Of a stretch of DNA of 64,000 nt, positions 13,321 to 27,765 are shown one piece after another; position 1 is the stretch's first letter; each line of letters begins with the position of its first letter. The position numbers and the translations under genes were made by a program. Under the pieces are notes generated by a model. It made no database searches and was not told where the DNA came from. It saw only the letters and a list, made by a program, of their open reading frames with translations. Source of the DNA: Amoebidium appalachense (Eukaryota; Protista; Ichthyosporea); contig CAVNZM010000013.1 in NCBI GenBank assembly GCA_963693365.1, forward strand, positions 124,001 through 188,000. Reading direction: 5' to 3'.

Positions 13321-13963
13321 CGCCAGTGTGTGCACGTGTGTCCGTGTCTGTGTCTGTGTCTGTCACACAATGTGTGTGTGTGTGTCCGTGTGTGTTGTGT
13401 ATGTGCTTTTACTAAGTGTTGATAAGCGTGCGGTGCGTGTGTGTCACGACGTGTGCACGTGTGCGCGTGCGTGTGTGTGGAGGCCTAGGGCCGGGCCGGG
13501 GTATGTACATGTGTGTCTCTATGTGTGTGTGTTTACACGTGTGTATACGTGCACGTGGGTCTGTGTATGGGTCTATCTCTGTGTGTGAACACAGGGGGGG
13601 GGGGGGGGAGGTAGAGCTGCGTGTGTTTGTGCGTGTGTGTCTGTGTGTGTGTATGTGTGTGTATGTGTGTGTGTGTGTTGGCGCGTGTGTGTGTGTGCAC
13701 ATGCGTTTGTATGTTACAGATATCTGTGCGTGTGTGCGTACGTGTGTGCACGTGTGTATGCATGTGTTTGTGTGTGCGTGTGCGCGTGTGTACGGGTGTA
13801 CGTCACGGTGTGCACGTGGTGTCTGTGTGTGTGTGCGTGTGTGTGCGTGTGTGTTGTGCGTGTGTGTGTGTAGCTCTACCCAGTAGTGTTTGTGTTTCAA
13901 ACGGCGTGTGTGTGCTTGTGTGTATATGTGTGTGCGCGTGCGTATGTATGTGCGTGTGTGTGT

Positions 13964-13995
<32 letters not shown>

Positions 13996-14491
13996 ATGTA
14001 TGCCTGTGTGTGTGTCCACACACGCGCGTATGCATGTGTGAGAAATGTCGTCGAAGTCTGTCGTGTAGACATTCACAATATTAATTCGTATGTGTGTGTG
14101 TGTACATGTGTTTATGGGGGGATGGGGGCAGGAATGGGAGGTTGTTGGGAGGGGGAGGTATGGGTAGAGATGGGGGGGAATGCTGGTGAATTCGATATGA
14201 TAAGGAGTCAGCTGCTAGAGTTTCGATTTGAACTCCGGAGGTCCAAAAATTATGAAGGAATCAAGTATAATTAGATTTTGGGTTACGAACCGTTTTGCAG
14301 CCACGCAGGTGCAGGCTGATGGGATGACGGGCAGATATGCAGATTACAGGATCAAACCATGTCCAGAGTCTATGGCAGACTATTTCAAAATTGTTGCATC
14401 TTTCAACACGACCCATGTTGGATATTGCTTCACTTCTTACCCAGGGCTTCTCAGTTGAAGAAAAATGGCCCTTCTCGGGGGGAGGGGGAAG

Positions 14492-14525
<34 letters not shown>

Positions 14526-14811
14526 CTTAAAGTGAGTGAGGAGGGAATGGGGAACGGATGTCCCCCATAGGTTATAAGACTGGTCTCTCTGTGCCTCGAG
14601 TAAACAGCTTTAGCCCCCCACCTCTATTTATATTGTAGTATTTTATCAAACCTTCCGAAGTTTATGGCTCCCGCAGAGAAGGGGGGGGGTGGGGGGGGGG
14701 GTGGGGGGGGGGGATTATTGTGAGTGAGGGGGGAATGGGGGAGGGTTTGAATTTATTTCGTTTTATTTTATTTTATTTTTCATTTCATTTTGTTTTATTA
14801 GTCTTTTTTTT

Positions 14812-14842
<31 letters not shown>

Positions 14843-16401
14843 GGTGAGGGAGGGGATAACGAGTCTCAGGTTCACGATTTCCCCTGTGAGGGCTACCAAC
14901 TGTTTCACTTCCTTTAATTTTTGGCATTTGTTCCGACTGCTTTTGCTGCCCCGCAGGTCTCCGAGCCCACCACTTTCAGCTGTCGTTGGCTTAAAGGTTT
15001 TCTACCCGACATATGCAACATATGGACACATTTTTGCATTCCTAGAAGCATGCAACCCACAAATGTTCCAACATTTACTTCAAACTCCACCCTCCCTCCC
15101 CTCCCTGCCCCCCCCCCCCCCCCCCCCTCTCCCTCCCCCCCTCCCTTCCCCCCCCTCTCTCTCTCTTCCCTCCCCCCCCCCCCTCCCCCCCTCTCCTGGC
15201 GACCCTACTGGCAACCCCACCCCGAATAAACAGTGAAAACACACACACTCAGCGGGATCCCCCCCTCCCCTCCCCCCCCCCCCCCCCCCGCCCCCTCCCT
15301 CCCGCTCCATGTATCGGAGCTGTGTGAAAGGCCGAAGTTCCTATGAGGGCCCCCTGCGAAGTTTCCCCATTTCCTTGCCTGCTGCATACATGTACGTATA
15401 CGAATGTGCGCCAAAAAGGCGGGAATTAATGCCACAATAAGAATAAGAATCTGGTGGTACACATGTATCCTCCAGGGACGGATAAAAGTGTCAGTGAACA
15501 CGTGTATAAGCTCTGGGGGTGTCACATTTTTATGTTGCTGTAGCTCCATGAAAAAAGGGTTTCATAAAAGCCTGAGACATGTGTTGGATTGAGAAAATTC
15601 AGCGGAATAGTGATGTAGTTAATCAGCGCGGCAGGCACACAGGGCAAATGTAGGAGGGAGGGACGGGGTGTGGGGAGGGGGGAGAGCGGCGGAAGGATGG
15701 TTGGAGAGGGGGAAGGGAGGGATGGTGGTAGTGGTCGACCAGATTCTGGTGTGGTGGTGGGTGGGTGGGTGGGTGGGTGGGGGGGGGGGGGGGGGGGGGG
15801 GGGAGGGGGAGGGGGGTCTTTCAGTTGTCATTCATTATTTTCTCGAATGTGGTTGTATTGGATGTGGCGAAGGATATGGGTAGAGAACAGAAGGGAGGGG
15901 AGGTATGGTGGTGGTGGTGGTGGTGGTTGAGGAGCGAGGAGGGGGCCGGGGGTGGGGGGGGGGGGGTGGGAAGGGAGTGGAGGGAGGAGGTGGGGGATGG
16001 CAATTTAGGGGGGGGGAGGGGGAGAGAGGACTGGGGGTCTTACATGCATGGGCACCTTCGATAACGGAAGGATAGGGGAATGGATAGGTCATGTAAGAGA
16101 GGTTTAACGATCTATTGAAGTTGGCACGGAGACTGATAAAGAAGGGACCGATTGGATTGGGAGGGGGGGAGGAGGGGAGAGGGGACGGGGGGAGGGGGGT
16201 GGGGGGAGGGGGGGGGGGGGGGGGGAAGACGGCAAGTTTTCTGTTACCAGTATTCGAAGGAAGATGCAAGTTCTTTATTTCTGATGCTTAATGTGGTGGG
16301 TCGTTTGCTGCACGTGTTGGGTGACCCATGATGCCATAAACGTGAACTGCCCTTAAACCTGCTGAATGTAGGCGATGCTTTTGCTCTTTGCACGCACTTG
16401 C

Positions 16402-16764
<363 letters not shown>

Positions 16765-17169
16765 GCGTGCTTGAGTATGCCTCCCCCTCCCCCCACCCCC
16801 TTCCCCCATCAACTTACGTGTGGGCCTTTGTATAATTTTGTGGAACGGTTAGTGTGTCTCTGTGTGTCGTGTGTGTGTGCGCGCCCACGCGCCCGCATGT
16901 GTCTGTGTGTCTGTGGGTTTATGTGTGCACGTGTGCGTGTGCACGTGTCCGAATGACGTATGTCCCTCGGTGATTGTGCCCGCACGTGTGTGCATAATGA
17001 TGCAACAGAACGGTATTGGTGTGTGTGCGTGGGTGCTGGTGTGTAGTTTCTTTTATCTCCCCCCCCCCCCCCCAACCCCACCCCACCCACCCACCCACCC
17101 ACCCACCCACCCACACACACACCACCCCACCTCACCTCTTAAGAAGTTTTTTTTTTTTTTTTTTTGGGT

Positions 17170-17217
<48 letters not shown>

Positions 17218-17663
17218 GGGGAGGGGAACTCGCTTTGGTCGTCAGATTGAAAGTAATACAGTTCGCTCCAACAGTTTTATTTGCTGAGAAGGCAATTGCC
17301 TTGGTAGTTGCAGTGTTTTTAACCAGCTAATCAAATGCTGTTTTACGTTTTAAAGCAAAGACTTGGGGCAGGCCACGGTAGGGGGATTTCTTTGACCAAG
17401 CGTGCCTCTATACTAAGTCTTGCACGATACATTTACCGGGTGACTAATAATACGCAAAAACCGAAATTTGTTGTTATTAACACTCGGCTTTACAGGTTTC
17501 GGTATGAACAAGCAGACCTATCTACATTCAATCAAGGTCTGTACATGAGACACCACACGGCTCAGCCCCCCCCCCCCCCTCCCCCTCTCCCCCTCCAGCC
17601 CAGGCCATCAAAAAAAGGAAAGAAAAGAAAAGAAAAATGGTATACAAAATTTCTGAAGGAACC

Positions 17664-17700
<37 letters not shown>

Positions 17701-17737
17701 CACACACACACACACACACCACCACCACCACCACCAC

Positions 17738-17779
<42 letters not shown>

Positions 17780-17997
17780 TTACCAACCTAGGAAACACAA
17801 ACGAAATGTCTTCATACAGGGTGCTTCCTAATGCTAAACTTGGCAGCACGGAATGAACAAGCACATGGTGGCAAATTGAATATCATAGGCTATATGGTAC
17901 CAAAAGCACCCCTAACAGTGTTTAAAACTTCGGCACGGAACTCATATTTCCGATAAGAAAGAGTGACTTAAAAAATAAATTTAAAAATCTAATTTTT

Positions 17998-19120
17998 TTA
18001 AGGAAGACTGGTATGATCATCGAATTTCTCCGCCTTGCCCGATCCAACGTGGCCATCGGCAGCGACGAAGATCGTCGTGTCCGATTTGGGCCGACTTGCC
18101 GCTTTCCAAATTAGGAACGCGCCAGCCAATACCATCAGCCCGCCGACGATCGGGAACGCGATCAAAATCCCGTACGATGCCTGAACGGGAGGGTACATGG
18201 AATTCTTGAATTTGTCCGCCAACAACGGCGTAATTGTAGACCTCTGCAGAATGTAGTAGTAGGGAATAGGGGCGTACTTTAATTCGTTAAAGAGACCCCC
18301 CCCAAATCATTGCCGTAGCTCCGGTGACGTTTTGCACGCTCAGGGCCGGAGTAATGGAGTCGCCCACAAGCGACTTTAAGGGAAGAAGAGAACCCTGCAG
18401 AGCTTTAAGTGCGTTCATTGTGGCGCCTGAAAACGGTTCAATGTCCAAAACGCTGTCGTGAATTTCAGGCGTGGGGTTTAACCCATCAACCAAATCCGTG
18501 GTGCATTTCGGGTCGCCGTAAAGAAAGTGCGGGCGCGAAACAGCCACAAAAGAGGCGCGGGCGTCCGGAATCATAGGGGAAGGGGAGGGCAAAAGGCTCG
18601 GTCCTTCCAACAGACCGTCACACGTAATTCCGTACCATTGGCTATTGTTGTAACTTGCGGCGGAAAGAACGTCTTTTGGTAGCCTGAACCTATTCAGTTT
18701 TATCCCCTCGCGTTCTACGTCTGTATACGTGTAGAGCAACGGGAGGTATCTGCTCATCTCCGTCACCCACACCTTGTATTCATCCAGACGGGGGGATGTG
18801 TTCGCCCACGAGATTTTCTCCGCGCGGGGAAACTGTGTCCCGTCTCTGCCTTGGATTTTCCATGCTGGGCAGTTGGCCGTGGTGGATTCGTTAAGGCCCG
18901 GGCATGCCTGTGTGGAGGTTAAAGGAAAATGGAGAAAAGTGTCAGTGTGAGGTTTATGGGTGATTTTGTTGTTGTGAAGGGTGGGTGCAGAATGTGGAAG
19001 GTTGTGAAGGATGGAGGGGAACGAAACAGGTGTTGCGATGTTGTGGTGGGCCAGTAGAAGGGTGGATAGGTGAATGGGATGGAGGGTAGTTCAGGAAAGG
19101 GGGGGGGGGGGGGGGGGGGG

Positions 19121-19180
<60 letters not shown>

Positions 19181-19655
19181 TGGGGAGGGAGGGTAGGTGG
19201 GGGGGGGGAGGGGGGGGGGGGGGGATTGGGGGAGGGAGAGGTGTATGCAAAATGTCGAGGGAAACCTCCCTCAAAATCAAACTTAAAGAAACAAAACGTG
19301 CAGGCAGATGGCTTTTTTTTTTTTTGAGGGAGGGGGGGGAGGGGAGGGGGGGGGGGGGGGGAGGGGATCCGGAAGGCTGTGAGACAAAAGAAGCATGCGC
19401 GAGTTACAGTCTTTTCTGTCTGTTGATGTGCAGATGTATCAATGAATATCCGTGGATGTTTTATGCGTGCTTTGTGTTCTCTAATTTTGGGCCTGTCGAC
19501 AACGATTGTGAAGGATGATTTTTTGAGAATGGGTCAGCCGGTTTTGTGGGTGTTTTGGGTTGGTGGGTAGGTGTTTTGATGAACGAAGAGACAAAGGCAT
19601 GTACACGTGGGGGGGGAGGGGGGGGGGGGGGAGTGGGGACGGGAGTGGGTGGTGT

Positions 19656-19700
<45 letters not shown>

Positions 19701-19753
19701 GGGGGCTTGATTGCTGGCTGTAGTGGGTTTGTGGGGAGCCCCCGGGGCAATGA

Positions 19754-19844
<91 letters not shown>

Positions 19845-21405
19845 TGGGTGAGTCGGTCGGTTGGTTGGTCGGGGGGAGGGGGGGGGGGGGGGCTGGGGAG
19901 GGGAGGGGGGGGGGGGGGGGGGGGGGGTAACTACACACCGTAGGGAAAATACGGGGATCAATATTTGGTTTTCCGCCCATCAGGGCCCAAGATTGTGTCG
20001 TCAAGTCATCACACGCACCAGTGTAGGCCGTCCGATTAACGGGGTCCAATCCGGGTTTCAAAATTCCGGGAATTTTCACGTTGGGAATAGGGCTGAAGCC
20101 GTAGAGCCAATCGCGCGCGGTGCCCTTGATCACAAGCCCAAAATTCATCGCGTCCAGCAAATTCATCGAAAAATCGGTAAAAGCCGCGAGATATTCGTTG
20201 AGAACGGTGAGCATCCACAACTTGGAGAGGGTGGTCGCATCGACGACGTTTAATCGAGATGCGATCGCGGCGCAATTTTCGTCTGTCGCGTTCTTGCACG
20301 GCGCCGACGTGAAATTCAGCGCGTTCAGCCCAATGTTCAACACAACCGACGTTTTTGCTTTTGCGTTCGTGTCGTTTTTGCCCATTAACACAAACGCATC
20401 AGCGAGACCTTCCCCCTTAAGCCCCTGCACAAGTGCAACAATTAAGGTGGGCAACGCCATGGGCCCGACGATAGGAACCATGACGGGCGTCCCGTTCATG
20501 TACTTGACGAAAAGCGACCCTTCCGCCGGCGTAAACCCGGAAAAATCGGGCCAAATTTCCTTCGTTGACGGTATCGCAACAACCTTGGTTTCTCCGTTGT
20601 AGGTGACGGTGACGTTTTTCCCTGGGAAATCGCGGAAAAAAGCGGCGGGCTCCAGCGCGAACCGTGCGGGGATGGATTCGGGTGGCCCCACCAACTTGGC
20701 AACCGCCGTTTGCAGTGCACCAGGTAGTTTTCCTGCCTTAAACAGCGCGACGATACCCGGGGTGACAGTGAAATTAGGCGATGCGGAAAGGGCTCTGGTG
20801 AGCGGCAACTGCGCGAATTGTCCCCCAAGGAGATCGGCGTTAAGGGCAACACCTCCCGTTAGAGTCAGGCCGCCGATTTTGGTCATGAGCGTGGTGAGGA
20901 CGTGTGGTAGGATAGACGCCTGTACACCCGGACCCATACCCTTAAAGAAAGTCGCTGCGCCGAGGAGCACGGTGTTGAGCATGTAAATGGGGTCGTCGAG
21001 GGAGGCGCTAGCGTTGCTTTCTGATTGGGTGTAGGTCATGGTCTTGTTGAGGTAGAACGTGACTGTGCAACCGTCGGGAGAGACGGTCGTGTTGATCTTC
21101 TGCTCCGATGTCTGCACGGTGTATGCGCCGAGGTCCTGAACGTGCGGTTTGGCGGTACCGTTGAGCCATGCCTCCTTGTTGGTGAGATTGAAAATGTGCA
21201 CGGAGTCGTAGAGCGGCGCCTCCTTCGGTTTGGAGTAATCGGAGATGCTCTCTTCGTTGTTGGCGGGGATGATTTTTCCATCCACTGTAGATCCGACCTT
21301 GTCTGGTACAATGAGAAGTCCGAGTAATAAGCCTAAAATGATGAACAGGGCGCCAAATGCCACCAGGAGGATCCCGGTGAGTTTTTTCGTACAGGCGCAA
21401 GCCAT
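17998..21405 (-). CDS. CD36/LIMP-2 (scavenger receptor class B) family membrane glycoprotein (2 exons)
   Basis: Exons 21405-19939 and 18907-17998 (GT-AG, phase 0). N-terminal TM; HIFNLTNKEAWLNGTAKPHVQDLGAYTV, IQGRDGTQFP, VSRPHFLYGD, GLNPTPEIHDSVLDIEPFSG motifs; C-terminal TM; many N-x-S/T sites. One frameshift in the 8-C run at 18296-18303, probably an assembly error. Confidence 0.9.
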
Positions 21406-22586
21406 CTTGATGTTAAATAAAAATGAGCACCTGCAGTTAATAAACGTTTACCCCACTGGTTCAAGGAAACACTGCTACTTTTGCGATTACTGTTCACTGC
21501 ATACTATGCATCTGTCGTGCGGAAAATTATGACAGTAAAAAATGGTTGCTTTAAATTCTATGCACGGACGGGCGTAAGAAGTGCTGGCGTTCGGAAACGC
21601 AGCCGACGCTTTTTGAGCCAACGAACTGGAAAAATGAGGGGGCTGTGATGCATTTATATAGCCGGGACTGATGAGCCACCCCTATGTGATTGGTCTAAAG
21701 TTTGCCCAATCGGAAATCACATGGGGCACATGATCCAATACGAAGCGTTTGCACAAAACCTTCCGCATTCCTCAAAATGGAATAGATAGGCTCTTTGATC
21801 ATCGATCATATATGCCACATTGATGCCTAACCCACTCGCGTATACGGCGTTACAGAACATAAAACGGGAGTGTAATTACTGGCACGTGAGTATCGTGCAC
21901 AAACAAGAGAAAATTTTCAGTGCTTTTTGGCCTGTCGTGTATGCTTTTGAATGGCCGAGTTGTGGCTCTTCAGGCTGATGCGACTCGCGCAAGCCATTCG
22001 GAAGTGGCTCAAAGACAAAATTTGGTCTGGGGGGACGTGCGTGGGACTTTCGAGTGGGTTCCAACTTCCGAATGATAAGACAGGATAAATCACTTTGTAA
22101 ATTCATGGAGTAAGTATGTGTATGTGCTTTTGGAGTTTTAGGGGTTGTTTGCCGTTATTTTCAACTTTCTTACGTTTCTAATCTAAACGAGTGTCTCGCT
22201 TGTGCATGGTTGGTGCAACCCGTCTGATATTCCCACTGTACCGTTACCGTAAATCCAGGCACGTTTTTCGGGCAACCAATAGGAGTTTCGGAGCGAAGTC
22301 GAGCGTTTCTTCTAGCGCGCCACTAAGTGGCACGAGTGCCACGTGGAAGGCCGCTTGGCCTCCCAGCTGATGCAGAAAGCCTTGTGACAGACAGACAGAA
22401 ACGCTGCGGAAGGGGGCTGGGGAAGCGAAGGAGGAGCAATGGATGTGCAATGGGCGAGGCTGTCTGTGTGTACATGTGTGGGGCGCACGTGCAACCATTT
22501 TCCATTCTGAATGCAGTTCAAATGGGGTTGGGAAAAATATCGATCATAATGTACGTACGGATCCGACTGTTGAACGTTAGTAGCCC

Positions 22587-22629
<43 letters not shown>

Positions 22630-22726
22630 TCTCCCTTTCTAAGTCTCTCCTCTCTCTCTCTCTAGCTCTCTTCTCTCTCTCTCTCTCTCTAGATCTCTGT
22701 CTCCCCCCCCCCCCCCCCCCCCCGAG

Positions 22727-22759
<33 letters not shown>

Positions 22760-22894
22760 CCCTCTCTCTCTTTCTCTCTCTCTCCCCCCCCCCCCCTCTC
22801 CCCTCCCCTCCCTATCTCTTACCCTGTGTCCCCAACAACCTCTCCGACCCTCTTCCTCCCTCTCCCTCCATCCCTCCCTCTCCCCCTCTGTATC

Positions 22895-22937
<43 letters not shown>

Positions 22938-23738
22938 CGTTTAGAGACGAATACGATAAAGTCACGGTATAACTCCGCTGCCAAACAGGCCGATATATTT
23001 GAAACCTACTACAGTACTACAAGTCCTGCATAGCTATTCATCCATGTTTCGAGAATCTGGATTTTTGTACAGCGAATCCAGTACATAATGGAAGCAGAGA
23101 GATCTAACTAGCCGCCGTGATCATCCTTGCAACCTGCGTTAGTTTTACACAATCTGCGCCACCATGCGTATGGCAATTTCAGCTTCCACGACAATATAAT
23201 ACTAAAATGATAAATAGTTCACCACACACTGTGACACTGCAAATTGCGCAAGAGCGTACCAAGAGGCATTGTCTTCTATACTACACTAGCACAAGCTCGT
23301 GTCAGATTACATTACATTGGTGACTTCCATTCATTCGGCAAAATCTTGTTTCATAGTTGGCTCTTAAAAATGAAACACACAGCATGCATGGTAACTGTGT
23401 ATTCACGTGGCACTAGTTTATGGGCATGAGATTCGCAAAACTCCAAAACAATTAACGCTGGCACACCAAAATGTGAAAACATAGGCATTTAATTATGCCC
23501 TGCAACAAATCCTCTGGTTGAAATTTCGTTGTTGGTATATCTTGTTGGATACACGGTGATGCTATCCCATCGACTATCTCACTGTGTCTATGGCACTGCA
23601 CTATTTATCCATTCTTAGCCACGTCTGATGCCCCGATCCAAATAAAATATGTTGGAAAATATTAAAAATTAAAAAATAAAGAACCGAAGAAGAGAAAAAA
23701 AAAAAAAAAAAAAAAAAAGGAAAAAAAAGAGGGGATAA

Positions 23739-24944
23739 TCACGGGGATACACCCATCCTCGGCAGGGTGTAAGTGGTGGCATCGAAGACCACATTTACGG
23801 CAGCAGGCAGGGAGGACCGTGTGACGTTGTAAATAACAATGGGGTCCACCATCACCATGCCGGCCTGCCCCCACTTGTTCTAGCCCCGCTGCTGCACCAG
23901 CCCCGGCTGTTCCTCCTCCAGCCCCGCCAGCACCTCCCGCCCAGCAAAACCCGTCACTGCTGGAAAACACCAGCGCAGACCGCCCCACCACAGAGCGCAG
24001 CGAAACGACATAGCGCAGGAACTCTGCAAAAAGCATTTGCAGCCCCTCTACGGCAAGCGGCTCATTGGCCCACCACGGGATCGGATCTTTGATTCCCGCC
24101 GGCCATGAGTGTACCTGTGCATGCGGTTTGCGTGCGTATCCGATCGGGAGTTGGTCCGGGCTCCATCGATCCGATCGAAATTGGACGGGTCGGGAAGGGT
24201 TTGGCCCACCTTGTAGCGCAGGAAGTGCAGCACAAGGAGGGTGTATGCGTAACTGCTCAGCAGCCGGCGGCTGGTTTCACAAATTCCTAACTCCTTGGCC
24301 CAAAATTTCACCGCAAGAAGAAGTGCCGATTGGTCGGATGGGCTCGGAGGCACGCACCACCCAATGAGAATTCACGACGGCATCAGTCCCATTTATGGTC
24401 ACGTCAAAGCACACACCATTGACAGAGCACGAGAACACGGGCACGGTGGCGCCCTGCACGACCTTTGTGACGTGTATGCCGCCAGTGCGCTGCAGATGGC
24501 CCACACAGCCCTGGTACGTGCTGTCTGCCCTCATGTCCTCACGCACAACCGTGACGTCAATGTCGCTCTCCCGCCCCATAAGCCCGCTCACCGCCGAGCC
24601 AAAAGCTAGAACATATGTTCTGACTTCGCTCCCTTGTGATAGGACGAGTTCCGCGGCCAGTTTCGCAAACGCCTCGGTAACTCGACGAACATATGAGGGA
24701 CTCACGCAGATGTTTGTGAGAGTCGAAACAATGGAAGCTGGGTCGAAAAGGAAGAAGGAGACGCGGTTGTCGGGTGGGGGAACAAACTGGTGCCATAATA
24801 ATTCTTCCTCCTCTGTTGCTTCCTGCCCAGATTTCTGTGTTTCGTTTTCGTTCGCCGCGAGCTGGTCCCCTTGGGCAACGGTAGTTTCCGTGCGAATTGT
24901 AGTGTCTGTGGTTGTTGTGTGTGTTGTGGTAGTGGCGGTAGTGA
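23739..24944 (-). pseudogene. Frameshifted Cid1/GLD-2-family nucleotidyltransferase exon
   Basis: FGSAVSGLMGRESDIDVTV, CFDVTING, VKFWAKELGI..LSSYAYTLLVLHFL spread over several frames; near-identical in DNA to 47563-48429 in inverted orientation. Confidence 0.85.
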
Positions 24945-25152
24945 CTGTGGGTGAGAAAGGTAAATATTCGTTTTTCTTCCTATAGCAATGTAATGTATAC
25001 TACATTTTGAGCCACTCGATAGAGCCAGTAGAAAGCAAGCACTATATATACAAGAAGAAACTATGAGAATCGCCTTGGCAAAACAAATAATGCCTGTTTT
25101 CTCTCTCCCCCCCCCCCCCCGCCCCCCCCCCCCCCCCCCCGCCCCTTTTGTG

Positions 25153-25216
<64 letters not shown>

Positions 25217-25369
25217 AGGGAGAGGGGGAGAGGGGGGGGGGGGGGAACACGATTGTTCCCACATTCCATATCTTTTCCGCTTCCATTTCCCTTTTTTTTT
25301 TTTTTTTTTTTTGGGGGGGGAGGGGGGGGGGGGAGGGGGGAGGAAGGGAGGAGGGGGGTGGGGTGGGGT

Positions 25370-25410
<41 letters not shown>

Positions 25411-25760
25411 AGGGAGGAGGGGGGTGGGGTGGAGTGGGGGGGGGGGGGGGGGGGGGGGGTAGAATGCGTTATGGAGTACGAAGTACATATTCATGACGGA
25501 CAACAAATACAGAGTATATGTGGGCACTACCTGAAGGTGAGTGGGTGAGTGGGTGAGTGGGTGGGAGGGTGAGGGGGGGGAGGGGGGGGGGGGGGGGGGG
25601 GGGGGGGAGGGGAGGGGAGGAGGGGGCGGGGGGTGGTTTAGTAAAGTTTGCACCTGTGCCTAGTAGTGATTGGTTGATGGGTGGAACCTCAGCCGGGAGG
25701 GCCTCTGCCACTGTGGGCTGCAAACAGTCATCGGTTAGTTAACAACACATAGGAACACAC

Positions 25761-25797
<37 letters not shown>

Positions 25798-25814
25798 TTT
25801 CCCCCCCCTCCTCC

Positions 25815-25845
<31 letters not shown>

Positions 25846-26379
25846 AGAAAAGAAAGGAAGGAAGGAAGGAAGGAAGAAAAACAAATCGAGAAAGGCAACT
25901 ACAGTGCTGTTGCCAAGGCATTTCTAGGCCCATAGGAAGGTGTGTTTGCATCCTTGGTGTTGTGAGTGCATGTGTGGTTGGGGAGGAGGGGAGGGTGTGT
26001 GTGTGTGTGTGTGTGTCTGTGTGTGTGTGTGGCTGCAGTTATCGGTCGAAGCCCAGGGAGGTGGGAGGGGGCGGGGGGAGGGGGTGGTGAGGTGGTCGTG
26101 GTGGTGGTGGTGGTGTGTGCGTGTGCGTGCGCGCTTGCGTGTATGTGGGTAGGTGGGAAGAAACGAGGGGAGGAGGTGGGGTGGTGGGGAGGTGTGTGTG
26201 TGTGTGGGGGGGTGTCGTTTTTGTTTTCTTCTTTTTATTTTCTCTCGCTCTCCAAGACTTGCAGGCTGGCTCTATATTCAGCACAAGTCCTAGTATAAAT
26301 TAGAGCGGGATTGGAGCCGCGGCCATGAGGGGGGGTTTCATGGATGACGTGCTAATCGTCTCTGTTTGGGTTTGGGTGG

Positions 26380-26625
26380 ATTTCTGCACGGTGGATTTCT
26401 GCAAAAGGAAGAACAGGGTCACAATCATAAACAGGCATTTTTTTTCGGAACAGGGGGAGCACAGCTCTGCTAAAAGGGTTTTTGCAAAGGAGAACAGGGC
26501 AACAATCATGAAAGGGAGGTTTTTCTGCAAAGAGAATGCACAATTCTGCAAAGGGGAGATCTGCAAAGGAGATTTGCAAAGGGCAAAAATCTGCAAAGGA
26601 TCAACAGAGGAAAAAAACATTGAAT
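26380..26625. repeat. Cluster of ~9 TCTGCAAAGG-like motifs with a degenerate ~80-bp duplication
   Basis: ttctgcaaagg/tttgcaaagg at ~26382, 26397, 26466, 26481, 26523, 26544, 26560, 26573, 26590; gaacaggg..acaatcat twice; an isolated copy at ~33190. Confidence 0.6.
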
Positions 26626-26945
26626 GACAAAGAAAGAACCACAACATAGTGCTGTGCGCCTTTGGACGACCACAATGCAGAGCACAAGCGACACAAAGGC
26701 TATGCATCATGAGTAGAGCCCATCCTCAAAGCCATCCACATCCACCTTTAGACCCACCACCCTTGCGCGTCCAAACAACCCAGCTCAGAAGTTGCTTCAC
26801 ATGAACTTGAATTGTCCCAACGAAGGGGGAGGGGGGGGGTGGGGGGGGGGGGGGGGGGGGGGGGGGGAGAGAGAGAGGGAGAGAGAGAGAAAGAAGGTGA
26901 GGGGGAGAGAGGGGGGGGGGGAAGCAAGAGAGAGAGAGGCACCCT

Positions 26946-27095
<150 letters not shown>

Positions 27096-27219
27096 GGAGA
27101 GAGAGACCCTCAGAGAGAGAGAGAGAGAGAGAGAACGAGAGAGAAACAGAAAGAGAGGGTGTGTGTGCATGGGGGGAGGGGGGAGGGGGGGGGGAAGGGG
27201 AGGGGGGATTAATTCCTAC

Positions 27220-27765
27220 CAGTGTGTTCCAGTCAAGATTTATGCGTGCAAATGCAGGAAAGCCCTCAGGCCTCACGTCAAACCGCGAAATCTCGCCACT
27301 CTCCACAAAGCTCTGTGTGAGCAGTCTCCCCCTCTTTTTGCTTAAAGACACAATGTCACCCGCCACTTCAAACGCCCCGTGCTCGCACACGGCGTTCCAA
27401 AAATCGGTGCTGTTTAAAGAAATCCCGTCGTAATACGCGCAGTTTAGGGCCAGGACAAGCGATTCGCGGGTCAGTTGTGGGTCTTTTGCTCTTGCGGACT
27501 TGCAAACAAAACACGCGAATCCGGCAAGGATCGAGGATGTGAGGGCTCCCCGGGTTCCCTCGGTCCACAAAAGGGAGATCTGCTTGCCATATTTGTCAAA
27601 TCGGATGATCGGGGGAGATTGTAAATTCGGGATAATCGCGTGGACCACGGCCGCATCGATCCACCATAGCTTTCTGCTGTTTTTCAGGGATGTGACTGTG
27701 ATTCGTCCCGTGGAGGATCGCGCGATGCGTACTAGAATATTCTCGTAAATAGCGCGGGAGTCCTG
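27220..27765 (-). other. Exon encoding a ~182-aa repeated module (third module of the left copy, open frame)
   Basis: QDSRAIYENILVRIARSSTGRITVTSL...RFDVRPEGFPAFARINLDWNTL; 546 nt with AG/GT borders; aligns with 42323-42877 and 34670-34138. Confidence 0.75.

Noticed and set aside
790-14250. ~25-bp imperfect inverted match (TTTTTGGACCTC..TCAAATC vs GATTTGA..GAGGTCCAAAAA) as transposon TIRs
   Set aside because: The similarity does not extend in either direction and there is no TSD.
14308-16400. Scattered exon-like unique segments
   Set aside because: Stops in candidate frames and no phase-consistent gene model or motif.
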